Shown piece after piece: positions 37,801 to 46,949 of a stretch of 64,000 bases of DNA; the first letter of the stretch is position 1; the number at the start of each line of letters is the position of its first letter. The DNA is from Verrucomicrobiota bacterium (GTDB taxonomy: Bacteria; Verrucomicrobiota; Verrucomicrobiia; Limisphaerales; UBA11320). Made by a program: the position numbers and the translations under genes. The notes beneath the pieces were generated by a model. The model made no database searches and was not told the origin of the DNA. It saw nothing but the letters and a program-made list of their open reading frames with translations. The DNA lies in contig JACQFQ010000065.1 of assembly GCA_016199985.1 (NCBI GenBank), positions 39,482 to 103,481 on the forward strand. Direction: 5' to 3'.

Positions 37801-39590
37801 TAGATCGACTGGTTCATGTAAAGCTGTCCGTCCATGCCCCAGTGCAATGTGTGGAGGATGTGATGCGTGTCCTCGGTGCCAAATCCGGAGAGCACCGTGC
37901 GCCTCTGGTCGGCGCGTCCGTCGCCGTCCGTGTCCTTGAAATGGAGAAGCTCCGTGCTCTGCCCCACATAGACGCCGCCGTCTCCGGGCTCGACACCGGT
38001 GGGGATCAGCAGCCCGTCCGCGAAAACCCGCGATGTCTCGGCAACCCCGTCTCCATCGCGATCCTCCACCACGATGATCGTGTCGTCCGCGCTTTGCCCG
38101 GGCTTGATCTGTGGATAAACCGACGAGCTCGCGATCCAGAGCCGGCCCTGCGCGTCGAAGTTCATGTGAATGGGCTTATGAAGCAGAGGGTTCTCGGCGT
38201 ACAGGTTCGCCACGAGACCCGGCGCCAGCTCGAAGCTGGGACGCGGCTGGGGCGTTTGTGGCGAGCCTTTGGGCTGCGGCGATGACGGCCGGGGCGCGGG
38301 CTTGAACACATAATCGCGGGGCGCCGGGACGATCTCGCATCGGTGCGCCTTCGGACCTCGAAGCTCGGCGATCATCCGTTCCTGCTCCGCGATCAACGGA
38401 TCGAACTCGGGGATCTCTTTCGCGTTCCTTCCCTGCTCGCCTTTGCGGAAGAGGAACAAATAGGTGCTGTTCTCAGGTCGCCAACGGTGGAAGAAGAGCT
38501 CGTTTTTTTTCACGATCGCGGCCCTCAGCGCCTCGGCCTGACGGCCCCAGGGCCCGCCCGCGACCTCCAGCCCCTTTTCCCACGAGCCCGCCTTCCCTGC
38601 CGCGACATCCTCGCCATCGACTCGAAGGACATGCGCCCCGCTCTTCAGCCCCTCGATGGAGATGGAGATGGAGGCCGAGGGCAGGCCGAGTTGATCCCAC
38701 CGCGCCGTGAATTGAAGGCCGCCCGCCGCCGCCTGGATGTCGGTCGCCTTGCATCCTTCCTGCCGCAACAGCGCGGGACCCGACAGGCTCAGGCGCAGCG
38801 ACGGCGTCCCCGGGATCGCGGGCTGCATCGCCCGGCGAATCGCTTCGCCTGCGATCCGATAGCCGCGCTCGTTCAGATGGATTCCGTTGTCGGTGTAGGC
38901 CGAGGCGGGCCGAGTCTTCGCCCTGGATCGTGGCGCGGGCTCCCCCAGCCCCTGGAAGACACTGAAAAGATCAACGAAGAACGCGTCATGGGCGCGCGCC
39001 AGTCTGGCGAGGGCGGCGGTGTACTTCTGCAGATCGAGATTGTGCGACGAGGGATCGGGCAGAGGCTCGCCAAGGTCCTCGTGGCGGATCGGTCCGAGGA
39101 TCACAAGCCGCGGCGGCGCGTTGGAGTTCAGGCGATGGACCTCGCCGATGAGCCGTTCCATCTGCCGCGTAAAGGACTCGATCCCCGAGGCCCCCGCGAA
39201 CGAGGAGGCCATCCCATAGCCCAAGACGACGACCGTCGGTTTCACGGCGGCGATTTGGCCGATGAGATTGGTGAACCAGTGCTCCTCCCCCTTGGTCCAA
39301 TCAAAGCTCGCGCGGGACTGGCCGGTGGGAAGATCGGCGCTCCAGGCAAGGTTGCGGAAGGAGACGCTGCGTTCGGGAAAGGCGGAGGTCAGCGCCTGCT
39401 CGATCCAGCCCTGCGCGCCCTCGCGCTCCAGCAAGGTGTCTCCGACAAACGCCACGCGATCGCCGTCCCTGAGCTCAAACGCGCGAGGCTCGGCTGCCTG
39501 CGCAAACGACGCCAGAGAAGCGGCAAGAATGGGCATGAAGCCGCCGAGACGAAAACGGAACGAGAGCGAACGCGCTATGCCGGAAGCCAT
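34869..39590 (-). CDS. SGNH/GDSL-hydrolase domain fused to a PVC-type membrane-bound-dehydrogenase / HEAT-repeat / cytochrome c (CxxCH) heme-binding protein
   Basis: The start is chosen at ATG 39590 (MASGIARSLSFRFRLGGFMPILAASLASFAQA signal). N-terminal VAFVGDTLLE...VVVLGYGMASS SGNH pattern. Central propeller-like region (DGDGVAE, DTDGDGRAD). HEAT-like helical repeats. Heme motif GCVQCHSIGGAGGKVGPDL at nt 35673-35687. Confidence 0.85.
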   Translation of the reverse strand: MASGIARSLSFRFRLGGFMPILAASLASFAQAAEPRAFELRDGDRVAFVGDTLLEREGAQGWIEQALTSAFPERSVSFRNLAWSADLPTGQSRASFDWTKGEEHWFTNLIGQIAAVKPTVVVLGYGMASSFAGASGIESFTRQMERLIGEVHRLNSNAPPRLVILGPIRHEDLGEPLPDPSSHNLDLQKYTAALARLARAHDAFFVDLFSVFQGLGEPAPRSRAKTRPASAYTDNGIHLNERGYRIAGEAIRRAMQPAIPGTPSLRLSLSGPALLRQEGCKATDIQAAAGGLQFTARWDQLGLPSASISISIEGLKSGAHVLRVDGEDVAAGKAGSWEKGLEVAGGPWGRQAEALRAAIVKKNELFFHRWRPENSTYLFLFRKGEQGRNAKEIPEFDPLIAEQERMIAELRGPKAHRCEIVPAPRDYVFKPAPRPSSPQPKGSPQTPQPRPSFELAPGLVANLYAENPLLHKPIHMNFDAQGRLWIASSSVYPQIKPGQSADDTIIVVEDRDGDGVAETSRVFADGLLIPTGVEPGDGGVYVGQSTELLHFKDTDGDGRADQRRTVLSGFGTEDTHHILHTLHWGMDGQLYMNQSIYIHTHAETPSGVQRLNSGGILNLRPSTLELGVHMKGLVNSWGHQMDLYGQSFATDGAGGEGINYVVPQAMYFTYAGARRILGSVSPGSYPKFCGLEILHSPAFPDDWQGSMITCDFRAHRVVRFAIREQGSAYVTQEMPDLVRSQDATFRPIDVKLGPDGALYIADWSNPIIQHGEVDFRDPRRDKEHGRIWRVTHKDHRPIAKTDLAKARTPELLAMLTGASGFHREKARRVLAERGATEVTPSLKKWMANASDERAQLEALWLHQSLDVVNTPLLERLLQASDGRVRAAAVRVLAFWGHRLAAPGHDLSSRTERFLKPEQLTSSQKQRPLELLAKAVADEHPRVRLEALRALPRFPGARAAEVALSALDRPLDKHLDYAVWLTINDLAEPWIAAIKSGDWKIEGREKQLEYGLKALEPAQAGAVLGQILARRPFDKEGSGNWIELAGQSGLSAELSNLYGRVRDGGFSATAAARALTALAEAARLRNARPEGDLAAVSSLFAHTDLNVRKSAIRLAGAWKIPGEKLAPLAGIAGDPATPEDLRSAIFETLREIGGAAAERLLTPLCEPGSSLVVRRQAIPALASMRLDAGIRQAVQALPTIASEPDALGLWRSLLSIKGAAASLTRQLPKSGIPASVARAGLRAARESGRNEPDLVLALTRGADLSEGEATLSDAELKSMATTAASQGDARRGESIYRRAQLGCVQCHSIGGAGGKVGPDLTSIGASAPMDYLIESVWFPNRKVKEGFHSTLIETKDGQDLSGLLVRESGEQIVLRDTQGGEFSVAKNNVANRRNGGSLMPAGLIDGVAAQERLDLFRFLSELGKPGPFDASKGSVARGWKLRPGLHQDEQFGLERMVATPLSAPGWISAWSWVDGRVPQEELRQAASVQKYVGIVGVYAATQLQAPVAGKINLRAEGAAGASVWIGGKPATLAADGSVSAEVAAGTHEILIRLDPRKLPEFLRLSTSDGTFIMP

Positions 39591-39789
39591 CCGGCGCCAA
39601 CGAGGCGGAAACGAGTCAAAGCCGTGCATGATGAACAATGTTGAAAAGGCCCACAGTTTCGACGGTCTTACGCTACGCGCCCATCCCGGCGCAAGCACGC
39701 AACAACACGCGGACGGCGGAAGCCCAACGCTTCGCGCCACGCGCATGAACCGCTATCGGCGCCGAGCCGTCGAGTTCGGACGCGAACCC

Positions 39790-41295
39790 TCACAGCTTCA
39801 CTTCCCGGTAGCCGCCGCGGGATCGGAAGTAGGCGATCAGGGCGGCGTAGCACAGGAACATGATCATGGGGAGCGTCGCGACTCTCGCGAGGGTGCGATG
39901 GTTGTTCGCGGTTTGCGACGCCTCCACCTCGTCCTTCTCGGCGGCGGTCAGCGCCGCGAGCTTCGCCTTGTCCAGAGGTTCATAGCTCCATCCGAACTTG
40001 GTTTGCGCGGGGCCCGCGACCTTGGCGCGCAAAGCCGGATTCTCCGCCTGCATCCGCTGGTGCAGGGAGTGGTCCTGCAACGCGCCCAGCAAGGGGTTGC
40101 CCAGCACGCCCACCGAGATCATCCCGACGGCCGCGATCGCGCTCAGGGTCAGCGCGCCGCCCTTGGGGAATTGCTCGGACACCACCCCCAGCATGGTGGG
40201 CCAGAAGAAGGTCTTCCCAATCCCGTAGCAGGTGGCCGCCAGAAACACCATCGCCGGAACAGCCCCGGCGCGCGACAGCCAGAAGAGGCCGAACGCCGCG
40301 ATGGCCGAGCATGTCAACAGCAGCCCCAGCGGCGAGATTCGCTTGACGATCGGCCCGGCGCAGAAGCGAAGCGCGAACATGATGGCCGATGTGTAGATGA
40401 GGACGTAGTTCCCCGCGTCGGGCCCCACCGATTTGAGAACAGGGGTCATCAACGCGGCGATCCAGCTATCGGTCCCCAGCTCCGTTGTCGCGAGAAGAAT
40501 CATGATCAAGAGGAGGAACAGGAACATGGGCCGTCCGAAGCTCCTCGCGCGCCACGCGAAAACCGCGGTCGGAGTCAGCGCGATCAGCGCGATCATCGGC
40601 CACTCGAGATGCGCCCCGAAAAGCCGCGCGATCTCATCCATCGCGAAGGCCGCAAAGATCGACACAATCAGGCAGCCGGCCCATCCGAACTCCCGCAGCA
40701 TCTCGGGATAGGACACGCCCGCCGCCACGCGCTCCTGCACCGGCCACTTTTGACCCAGCATCATGAGCCCGTAGATCGCGGTGGGGAGCAGATACAAGCC
40801 CGCCTTCCAACGCCACGCGCTCTCGCCGCCGGCCGTTCCGATCGCGATCGCGAGCAAGCCGCCCAGGACCAATCCTCCCGGCCAGCCCGCGTGAAGCATG
40901 TTCAGGTGATGCGTCTTGCTGCGCGGAAACATGGTCGCCGTGACGGGATTGATGACGGCCTCGACGGCGCCGTTCGCGAGAGCGAACACCCATGCGCCCA
41001 CGTAGAGCCCGGTGTAGCTGGTGGCGGTCATCGTGATCGCGGCGGACGCCACATGTCCGCACCAGGCAAACAACATCACGCGCCCGTATCCCAAGCGATC
41101 GATCACAAGGCTGAACAGCAGGATGCTCAACGCCTGCGGATACAGGCCCGCGCCCAGGATGGAGCCGACCTGGGTCTCGGACAGATTGAAGCGAACGCTC
41201 CATTCCGTGATGAGGAAAGCGCGAACAACGAACCCGATCGCCACAGCGATCAGGGAGATGATGCAGGCGACGAAGAGACGGGTTGGGTTTTGCAT
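39790..41295 (-). CDS. MFS transporter
   Basis: 501 aa with about 12 hydrophobic spans. LVIDRLGYGR (MFS motif A-like) lies after TM2. Confidence 0.85.
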   Translation of the reverse strand: MQNPTRLFVACIISLIAVAIGFVVRAFLITEWSVRFNLSETQVGSILGAGLYPQALSILLFSLVIDRLGYGRVMLFAWCGHVASAAITMTATSYTGLYVGAWVFALANGAVEAVINPVTATMFPRSKTHHLNMLHAGWPGGLVLGGLLAIAIGTAGGESAWRWKAGLYLLPTAIYGLMMLGQKWPVQERVAAGVSYPEMLREFGWAGCLIVSIFAAFAMDEIARLFGAHLEWPMIALIALTPTAVFAWRARSFGRPMFLFLLLIMILLATTELGTDSWIAALMTPVLKSVGPDAGNYVLIYTSAIMFALRFCAGPIVKRISPLGLLLTCSAIAAFGLFWLSRAGAVPAMVFLAATCYGIGKTFFWPTMLGVVSEQFPKGGALTLSAIAAVGMISVGVLGNPLLGALQDHSLHQRMQAENPALRAKVAGPAQTKFGWSYEPLDKAKLAALTAAEKDEVEASQTANNHRTLARVATLPMIMFLCYAALIAYFRSRGGYREVKL

Positions 41296-41349
41296 AGAGG
41301 TTCGTGGCGTTGTGTGAGCGGCAATGAAAGCTTTGCGCCGGGCGGAGCG

Positions 41350-42201
41350 TCAGGTCGGCGCGAGCGCCTTTCTCAGAAAGCGGATCCCCTTCCACGCGAT
41401 CTCCTCGCGGGTCGGCTCGATTCGCCGCCAGATGGAGGCGGCGCGGGCGATGACCTTCACGTCGGAGGTGAATGATTCGATGACCACGTCCCCGTCGTAG
41501 CGGACGGCGCGCAACGCCGCGGCGATGCTCCGCCAATCGATGTCATCGTTGCCGGGCGTCCCGCGATCCGATCCGCAGGCGTGAAAGTGTCCGAGTCTCT
41601 TCCCCGCCTTTCGGATCGCGGCGGCGGGATCCTTTTCCTCGATGTTCATGTGAAACGTGTCGAGATGGAGCTTCAGGGCGGGGCTGCCCACAGTGTCGAT
41701 CATCTCCAAGCCCTGGTCGCACGTGTTGATAAAATCCGTCTCGAAGCGATTGATCGCCTCCAGCGCGACAGACCTCCCGCGCTCGCCGGCATAGTCGCAG
41801 ACCTCCCGCAAATTGCCCGCCACGGTTTTCCACTGTCGTCTCCGCTCAGCGGGCGGGACGGCTTCGGCGCGACCGACCGTCGAGTAGACGACCCCCACCA
41901 AGCTCCGGGCGCCGAGCTCAACCATCCGATCGATCGCCCGCTTCATGAAACGCACGCCAGCCCGCTGGCTCTCGCGCGAGCCGCGGAGGTCCTTGTCGGG
42001 GCCAAGGCACGGCGTGACGGTCCCGCATACGAGGCCGTTGGCGCGGAGGCGATCCGAGATGAACGCGGGATCGAAGCCGTTCAGGTTGTCGATGGGGATC
42101 TCCACGGACTGGAAGCCCCAGCGACTGAATCGCGGGAACCACTGGGCGCTTTGGTTGGTGAAAGGCCAGGTGAACAGGAATGTATTGATCCCAAATCGCA
42201 T
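41350..42201 (-). CDS. Sugar phosphate isomerase/epimerase (xylose isomerase-like TIM barrel)
   Basis: MRFGINTFLF...GFQSVEI...LHLDTFHMNIEE...GHFHACGSDRGTPG: characteristic AP-endonuclease-2/TIM-barrel family pattern. Confidence 0.85.
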   Translation of the reverse strand: MRFGINTFLFTWPFTNQSAQWFPRFSRWGFQSVEIPIDNLNGFDPAFISDRLRANGLVCGTVTPCLGPDKDLRGSRESQRAGVRFMKRAIDRMVELGARSLVGVVYSTVGRAEAVPPAERRRQWKTVAGNLREVCDYAGERGRSVALEAINRFETDFINTCDQGLEMIDTVGSPALKLHLDTFHMNIEEKDPAAAIRKAGKRLGHFHACGSDRGTPGNDDIDWRSIAAALRAVRYDGDVVIESFTSDVKVIARAASIWRRIEPTREEIAWKGIRFLRKALAPT

Positions 42202-42216
42202 GAGGCGCGGGGCTCG

Positions 42217-43092
42217 TTATCGAGAGGGCGACACGACAAGGCCCGCCGCGGGGGTTCCCTCGGGAGTGAGCTTGCCGCAGGACCACAGGAGCCCGTTGGC
42301 GAGGAGCTGCAGGTAGTGCTCAGAGACCGCCGTCTTCATGTCGTGCCCGAGGGTCGTGGCGAAGACGCGCCCCCGGCCAAACTCATACGTCCAGGCGACG
42401 ATGTGTTCGCGTCCGTCCTTCAGGCTCTTCGCCCTGAGCAAGGCATGAGACATCGGATCGATGGAGATGGTCTGATACAGCTCGTCGCCCGGGCTTTTCC
42501 AATCCTCGGGGAAGGACCGCGTGATGGGGCTGGCGGGGTCCAGCTTCACCGTGCTGAGCGGCGCGAAGGGATCGTGAACCTTCGAGCGCATTCCGCAGCA
42601 GGTCTCCCACTCGTGGATGAGCGGAGAACGTCGAAAGGCATGAACAGCGCAGTGGATCATAACGGCCGGCTTGCCCGCTCGAACCGTGTTGAGGGCGTTG
42701 GTGAGGATCCCGTCGGAAACCTCGTCGTCGCAGACATCGTAGACCACGGCGTCGAAGGCCTTGGCGAACCCGGGATCCTTGAGCGAATCGAGGCCGAAGC
42801 GAACGTCGAAGTCCACACGGACTCGACGGGCCAGCTCCCGGGTGAGATGCGGGGCGAGCTTTTGATAATCGTGATATCCGCCGCCGGTCAGGAACAGAAC
42901 GCGCAGCGGCGGCGTCCCCGCGTTCTCCGCGGACGCGGCTCGAAAGGCCGACAACAGGATCGTCGCGGCCGCGAAACACGCGAGCGGCCAGCGGGCGACG
43001 GATCGCGTCAAAAAGGAAACGACGTGGGTCGCGTCAAGGCAAGGCAGGGAAGGATCAGCGAGGCGCCGCGGAGGCCTGAGTGATGAGGGCAT
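42217..43092 (-). CDS. Secreted ThuA-domain protein
   Basis: Signal/anchor WPLACFAAATILLSAFRAASA. LRVLFLTGGGYHDY...KPAVMIHCAVHAFR...VAWTYEFGRGRVFATTLGHD (ThuA signature). Confidence 0.85.
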   Translation of the reverse strand: MPSSLRPPRRLADPSLPCLDATHVVSFLTRSVARWPLACFAAATILLSAFRAASAENAGTPPLRVLFLTGGGYHDYQKLAPHLTRELARRVRVDFDVRFGLDSLKDPGFAKAFDAVVYDVCDDEVSDGILTNALNTVRAGKPAVMIHCAVHAFRRSPLIHEWETCCGMRSKVHDPFAPLSTVKLDPASPITRSFPEDWKSPGDELYQTISIDPMSHALLRAKSLKDGREHIVAWTYEFGRGRVFATTLGHDMKTAVSEHYLQLLANGLLWSCGKLTPEGTPAAGLVVSPSR

Positions 43093-43178
43093 GGCGCTGA
43101 TTCAACACGAAGCGCGCCCCGGGTGAAGCGAAAAAGGGGAGGATCTGGCCGGGCTCGTCCGTGGACGAGGACCTCAGG

Positions 43179-44561
43179 TCACAAGAATTTTCCCGGATTC
43201 AGGATGCCGCGCGGATCGATCGCGCGCTTGATCCGGCGATGGAGTTGGTCGACCTCCGGAGCGATGGCAAGACGCCACCAAGGCTTCTTGGCGAGGCCCA
43301 CGCCGTGCTCGCCGGTGATCACGCCTCCGAGCTTCAGCACGCCCTGGAACAGCTCGTCCAGGGCCGCGTCGGCGCGCCGCTTCGCGCGCGGCTGATCATA
43401 GTCCACCATCAGGTTGACGTGGATGTTTCCGTCCCCGGCATGACCGAAACAGGCGATCGGCAGGCCGTGCTTCTTCTGCAGGCGGGCGCCGAGCTCGAAC
43501 AAATCCTCCAACCGTCCTCTTGGCACCACGACGTCCTCGTTGAGCTTCGTCAGGCCCGTGTCTCGGAGCGCGTACGAAAACTCGCGTCGGACGGCCCACA
43601 AGCGCTCGCAAGCCTCCGCGCCGTGGGCGCGGCGAACCATCACTGGACGCAAGGAGGTCATCAGGCGCTCGAGCTGCCGGACCTCCCCCCGCACGGATCG
43701 CTCCTGTCCATCGAGCTCCGTGATGATCAGCGCCTCGCATCCTTCGAGATCGCGGCTACCCGTCCGTTTTCTTGCGGCCCGCAGCGTGAAAGCGTCGGCG
43801 ATCTCCACGGCGCAAGGCAGGAAGCCGCACTCGAACATTCGCGAGAGGGCTCGAAGCGCGGAGGTCATGCGCGCGAACCCAATGGCGAGCGCGGCGCGGC
43901 AGGGCGGCAGCGGAATCAACTTCAAGGTCGCCTCCGTGATGACGCCCAGCATGCCTTCGCTGCCGACGAACAACCGATGCAGATCGAACCCGGTCTTGTT
44001 CTTGTGCGTGCGGCTGCCCAGGCGAAGCAGCCTTCCGTCCGGCGTCGCGACCTCGAGGCCGAGAACATAATCGCGCGTCACCCCATACTTCAGGCAACGC
44101 GGTCCGCCGGCGTTCGTGGCGATGTTTCCGCCCAGGCTGCAATCGGCCCGGCTCGCGGGGTCCGGCGGGTAGTAAAGTCCCTTTTGCTCCACAGCGGCCT
44201 GGAACTCGGCGGTGATCACCCCGGGTTGGACCACTCCCACGAAGTCGCGCGGATTGATTTCCAAAACGCGATTCATGCGCTCCACGGAAAGCGCGATCCC
44301 GCCGCGGATGGGCACACAGCCTCCGACGTAGCCGTATCCCGCGCCGCGCGGCGTAACGGGAATCCTGTGCGTCGAGGCGAACCGAAGGATGCGGGCGACC
44401 GACTGAGCGCGCCGTGGCAGGGCGACCGCGTCAGGCACGCGGCTCGCGAACCACTTGTCGCCCGCGAATCGCGCCCGCGCCTCCGGCTCCAACAACAGCT
44501 CCCCGGGAGGCATCGCGCGCTGGAGGCGGCGGAGGGCCGCTCGATGGGAGGAGTCTTTCAT
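43179..44561 (-). CDS. FAD-linked oxidase (GlcD/D-lactate dehydrogenase-like)
   Basis: FAD-binding PCMH pattern PRGAGYGYVGG...GGNIATNAGG and C-terminal GHAGDGNIHVNL...GVITGEHGVGLAK. Confidence 0.9.
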   Translation of the reverse strand: MKDSSHRAALRRLQRAMPPGELLLEPEARARFAGDKWFASRVPDAVALPRRAQSVARILRFASTHRIPVTPRGAGYGYVGGCVPIRGGIALSVERMNRVLEINPRDFVGVVQPGVITAEFQAAVEQKGLYYPPDPASRADCSLGGNIATNAGGPRCLKYGVTRDYVLGLEVATPDGRLLRLGSRTHKNKTGFDLHRLFVGSEGMLGVITEATLKLIPLPPCRAALAIGFARMTSALRALSRMFECGFLPCAVEIADAFTLRAARKRTGSRDLEGCEALIITELDGQERSVRGEVRQLERLMTSLRPVMVRRAHGAEACERLWAVRREFSYALRDTGLTKLNEDVVVPRGRLEDLFELGARLQKKHGLPIACFGHAGDGNIHVNLMVDYDQPRAKRRADAALDELFQGVLKLGGVITGEHGVGLAKKPWWRLAIAPEVDQLHRRIKRAIDPRGILNPGKFL

Positions 44562-44574
44562 GGAGAGCGGACCC

Positions 44575-45600
44575 TTACGCGGCTTTCGGCTGCCGCTGAG
44601 CCTCGGACGGCTTCAGCTCAGCGAAGAAGATCACGCCCGCGCCCGTCTGATGAACGCTGACGACCTCCACCATCACCGTCTGCCCGATGAACGCCTGCGC
44701 CTGGTTGACGACGACCATGGCGCCGTCCGGCAGGTAGCCGACGGCCTGCCCGCGCTCCTTGCCCTCGCGCGACATCTTCAATGACAGCGTGTCGCCCGGC
44801 AGCACGACCGGCTTCAGGGCCAGAGCGAGCTGCGCGATATTCACGCAGGGCAGCCGCTGGATCTCGGCGACCTGCGAGAGATTGAAGTCGCTCGTGAACA
44901 ACTTCGCGCCCAGCGCCTGGGCGAGGCGAAGGAGCTTTCCGTCGACGCCCTTCTCCTCGGGATAGTCGGTGTCGTTCAAGCGGACCTCGATCAAGGGGTT
45001 TTGCTGGAGGCGCTGAAGCATCTCCAGACCGCGACGCCCGCGCTGCCTACGGCTGCTATCCGCGGAATCCGCGACCTGCTGCAGCTCCAGCAGCACGAAT
45101 CTCGGGATGATCAACACTCCCTGCAGGCACCGCGATTCCACGAGCGCCGTGATCCGCCCGTCGATGATGGCGCTCGTGTCGAGCACGAGCAGGTCGTCGG
45201 GCTTGTTGTCGCGGGTGAATCGGACGTAGGGGATGATGAGCGCGAGATCCTCCTTGTTGCTGCGCATGGCGAGAATGATCCCGATGTATCCGAAGGCGAG
45301 GAACAGGCCGAGGCGAATCATCCAGCGTTGGCGCTCGTCCGCGAATTCGAACAGGCGGGATTGGTCCGTGAGCCAGGCGATCAGCGCGCCCAGGGCCAGC
45401 CCGAAGGTGGCCGCCGAGAAGGCGCGAAGGGAGAATCCCTTGAGCATCTCGTCGATCGCGATGAGCACGGCGCCCAGGCCCAGCCCGATGAAGGTTCCCT
45501 GCCGTCCGCTCTCGACCAGGGTCGGGTGGACCTGGCTGACCGCGTAGCCTCCCACGGTGCAGAGCAGCAAAAAGAAAATGCGAACGGGCCAGAGGTTCAT
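44575..45600 (-). CDS. Membrane-anchored PIN + TRAM domain protein (YacL-like putative RNase)
   Basis: 4 N-terminal hydrophobic spans. PIN: LVLDTSAIIDGRI...IPRFVLLELQ. TRAM-like C-terminus GQAVGYLPDGAMVVV...GQTVMVEVVSV. The ATG overlaps the upstream stop (ATGA at 45597-45600). Confidence 0.85.
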   Translation of the reverse strand: MNLWPVRIFFLLLCTVGGYAVSQVHPTLVESGRQGTFIGLGLGAVLIAIDEMLKGFSLRAFSAATFGLALGALIAWLTDQSRLFEFADERQRWMIRLGLFLAFGYIGIILAMRSNKEDLALIIPYVRFTRDNKPDDLLVLDTSAIIDGRITALVESRCLQGVLIIPRFVLLELQQVADSADSSRRQRGRRGLEMLQRLQQNPLIEVRLNDTDYPEEKGVDGKLLRLAQALGAKLFTSDFNLSQVAEIQRLPCVNIAQLALALKPVVLPGDTLSLKMSREGKERGQAVGYLPDGAMVVVNQAQAFIGQTVMVEVVSVHQTGAGVIFFAELKPSEAQRQPKAA

Positions 45601-46580
45601 TGTCGGATGAGGCTTCCTCCCTTGCCTCCGGCGTTGTCGACGCCGGAGTCCTTGCGCGGGGCGCGAGGTTTGTACAGCAACCCGTATCGATTGAGATTGC
45701 TGCTGAGCAGAGAGAAATTGAACACGGTCTGTCGCCAGGCCTCGCGGACATCGGCGTCCTTCACAAGGCTGCCCGCCACTCCCTCCCCGGCGCCGAGGCG
45801 CTTGGCGAGATCCTCCACGGACTGGCCCGCCGCCTCGGCGTGCTTCAGCGTTCGATTCAGGCCCTCCCGGTTCTCCGCGACCGTGGCGTTCAGCTCGCGT
45901 CCCAACTGTTCCATGGCGCGGGCGAACGAGAGCAGGTTGCTCACGGCGGTGTTCACAGGGGCGGCGTTCGTCGCCGCCAGTCCATCCAAACGGTCGACGA
46001 GGGCGAGCGACTTCTCCGACAAGCGGCGGAGATTCGCCATCGAGAGGCTGATGTTGCTGAGAGTCGTGTCGTTGAGAACCATTCGATCGATGCGCTGCAC
46101 CGCGTCGTTGATGCGCTGCGCGGTCTGGTCGACGCGCTGGATAAAGCCGGTCGCCGCGCGAGCCGCCTCCTGAAGGTTGAACGGCTCCTCACATTGAACG
46201 ATCGCCCCTTCCATCAGGAGAGGACTGTCTGTGCTTTGCGGATAAACAGCCACGTGCTGGTCGCCCAGAAATCCCGATTGTTCGATGACGAACCGGGCGT
46301 CCTGACGAAGAGGATATCGGCGGTCGAGGCGAAGCTTTAAGACCACAGTTTTGCCGTTCCCAGCCAGGGTGAGCCGCGACACCGACCCGACGCGCACGCC
46401 TCCGACGAGCACCTGCGCCTGCTCCTTGATCCCGCCGACGTTCGCAGTTTGGAGATTCAGCACGTAGCTCGGGTTGAAGATCGAGAGGCCTTTGCTGAAG
46501 CTGAGGATCAACCCCACCAGCAGGAGAAGGGTCACAAAGACAAACAGACCAACTTTCGCCGGAAGTCGTGGATGGCTCAT
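45597..46580 (-). CDS. MlaD/MCE-family protein
   Basis: The start is taken at ATG 46580 (MSHPRLPAKVGLFVFVTLLLLVGLILSF anchor). MCE core ANVGGIKEQAQVLVGGVRVGSVSRLTL...FVIEQSGFLGDQHVAVYP, then a long helical C-terminus. Confidence 0.8.
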   Translation of the reverse strand: MSHPRLPAKVGLFVFVTLLLLVGLILSFSKGLSIFNPSYVLNLQTANVGGIKEQAQVLVGGVRVGSVSRLTLAGNGKTVVLKLRLDRRYPLRQDARFVIEQSGFLGDQHVAVYPQSTDSPLLMEGAIVQCEEPFNLQEAARAATGFIQRVDQTAQRINDAVQRIDRMVLNDTTLSNISLSMANLRRLSEKSLALVDRLDGLAATNAAPVNTAVSNLLSFARAMEQLGRELNATVAENREGLNRTLKHAEAAGQSVEDLAKRLGAGEGVAGSLVKDADVREAWRQTVFNFSLLSSNLNRYGLLYKPRAPRKDSGVDNAGGKGGSLIRQ

Positions 46581-46949
46581 TTTGAAGCGTGTGGATCGGC
46601 GCCCTGTCCCAGCGGTCCGGCTGGGTGCTACCCCCGGATCCCGTCCAGGAGCCATTGGCGGCAACTCGGCAGAAGGTGCCGGATCCAGCGATCGAATCAA
46701 GGAGCATTTCCAACGCGGGACGAACACGAAGGGAGGACGGGCTCAAGGGCGCGTCCCAGGGTTGTGCGGGAAGGGCGAGAGGCTGGGATCGGACACGCCG
46801 AGCGAACGACCCCCATTCCGGTCTTTCCTTGCGCGCAGTTTTCGATAGAAAGGTTGCCAGCTTCCCTCGCAGGACGGACACGGCGGCGTTCACGCCCCAT
46901 CGGTTGTGTCGATCGCCTCCAGCCAGCGAAAGGGTGAAGCGATGAACGC

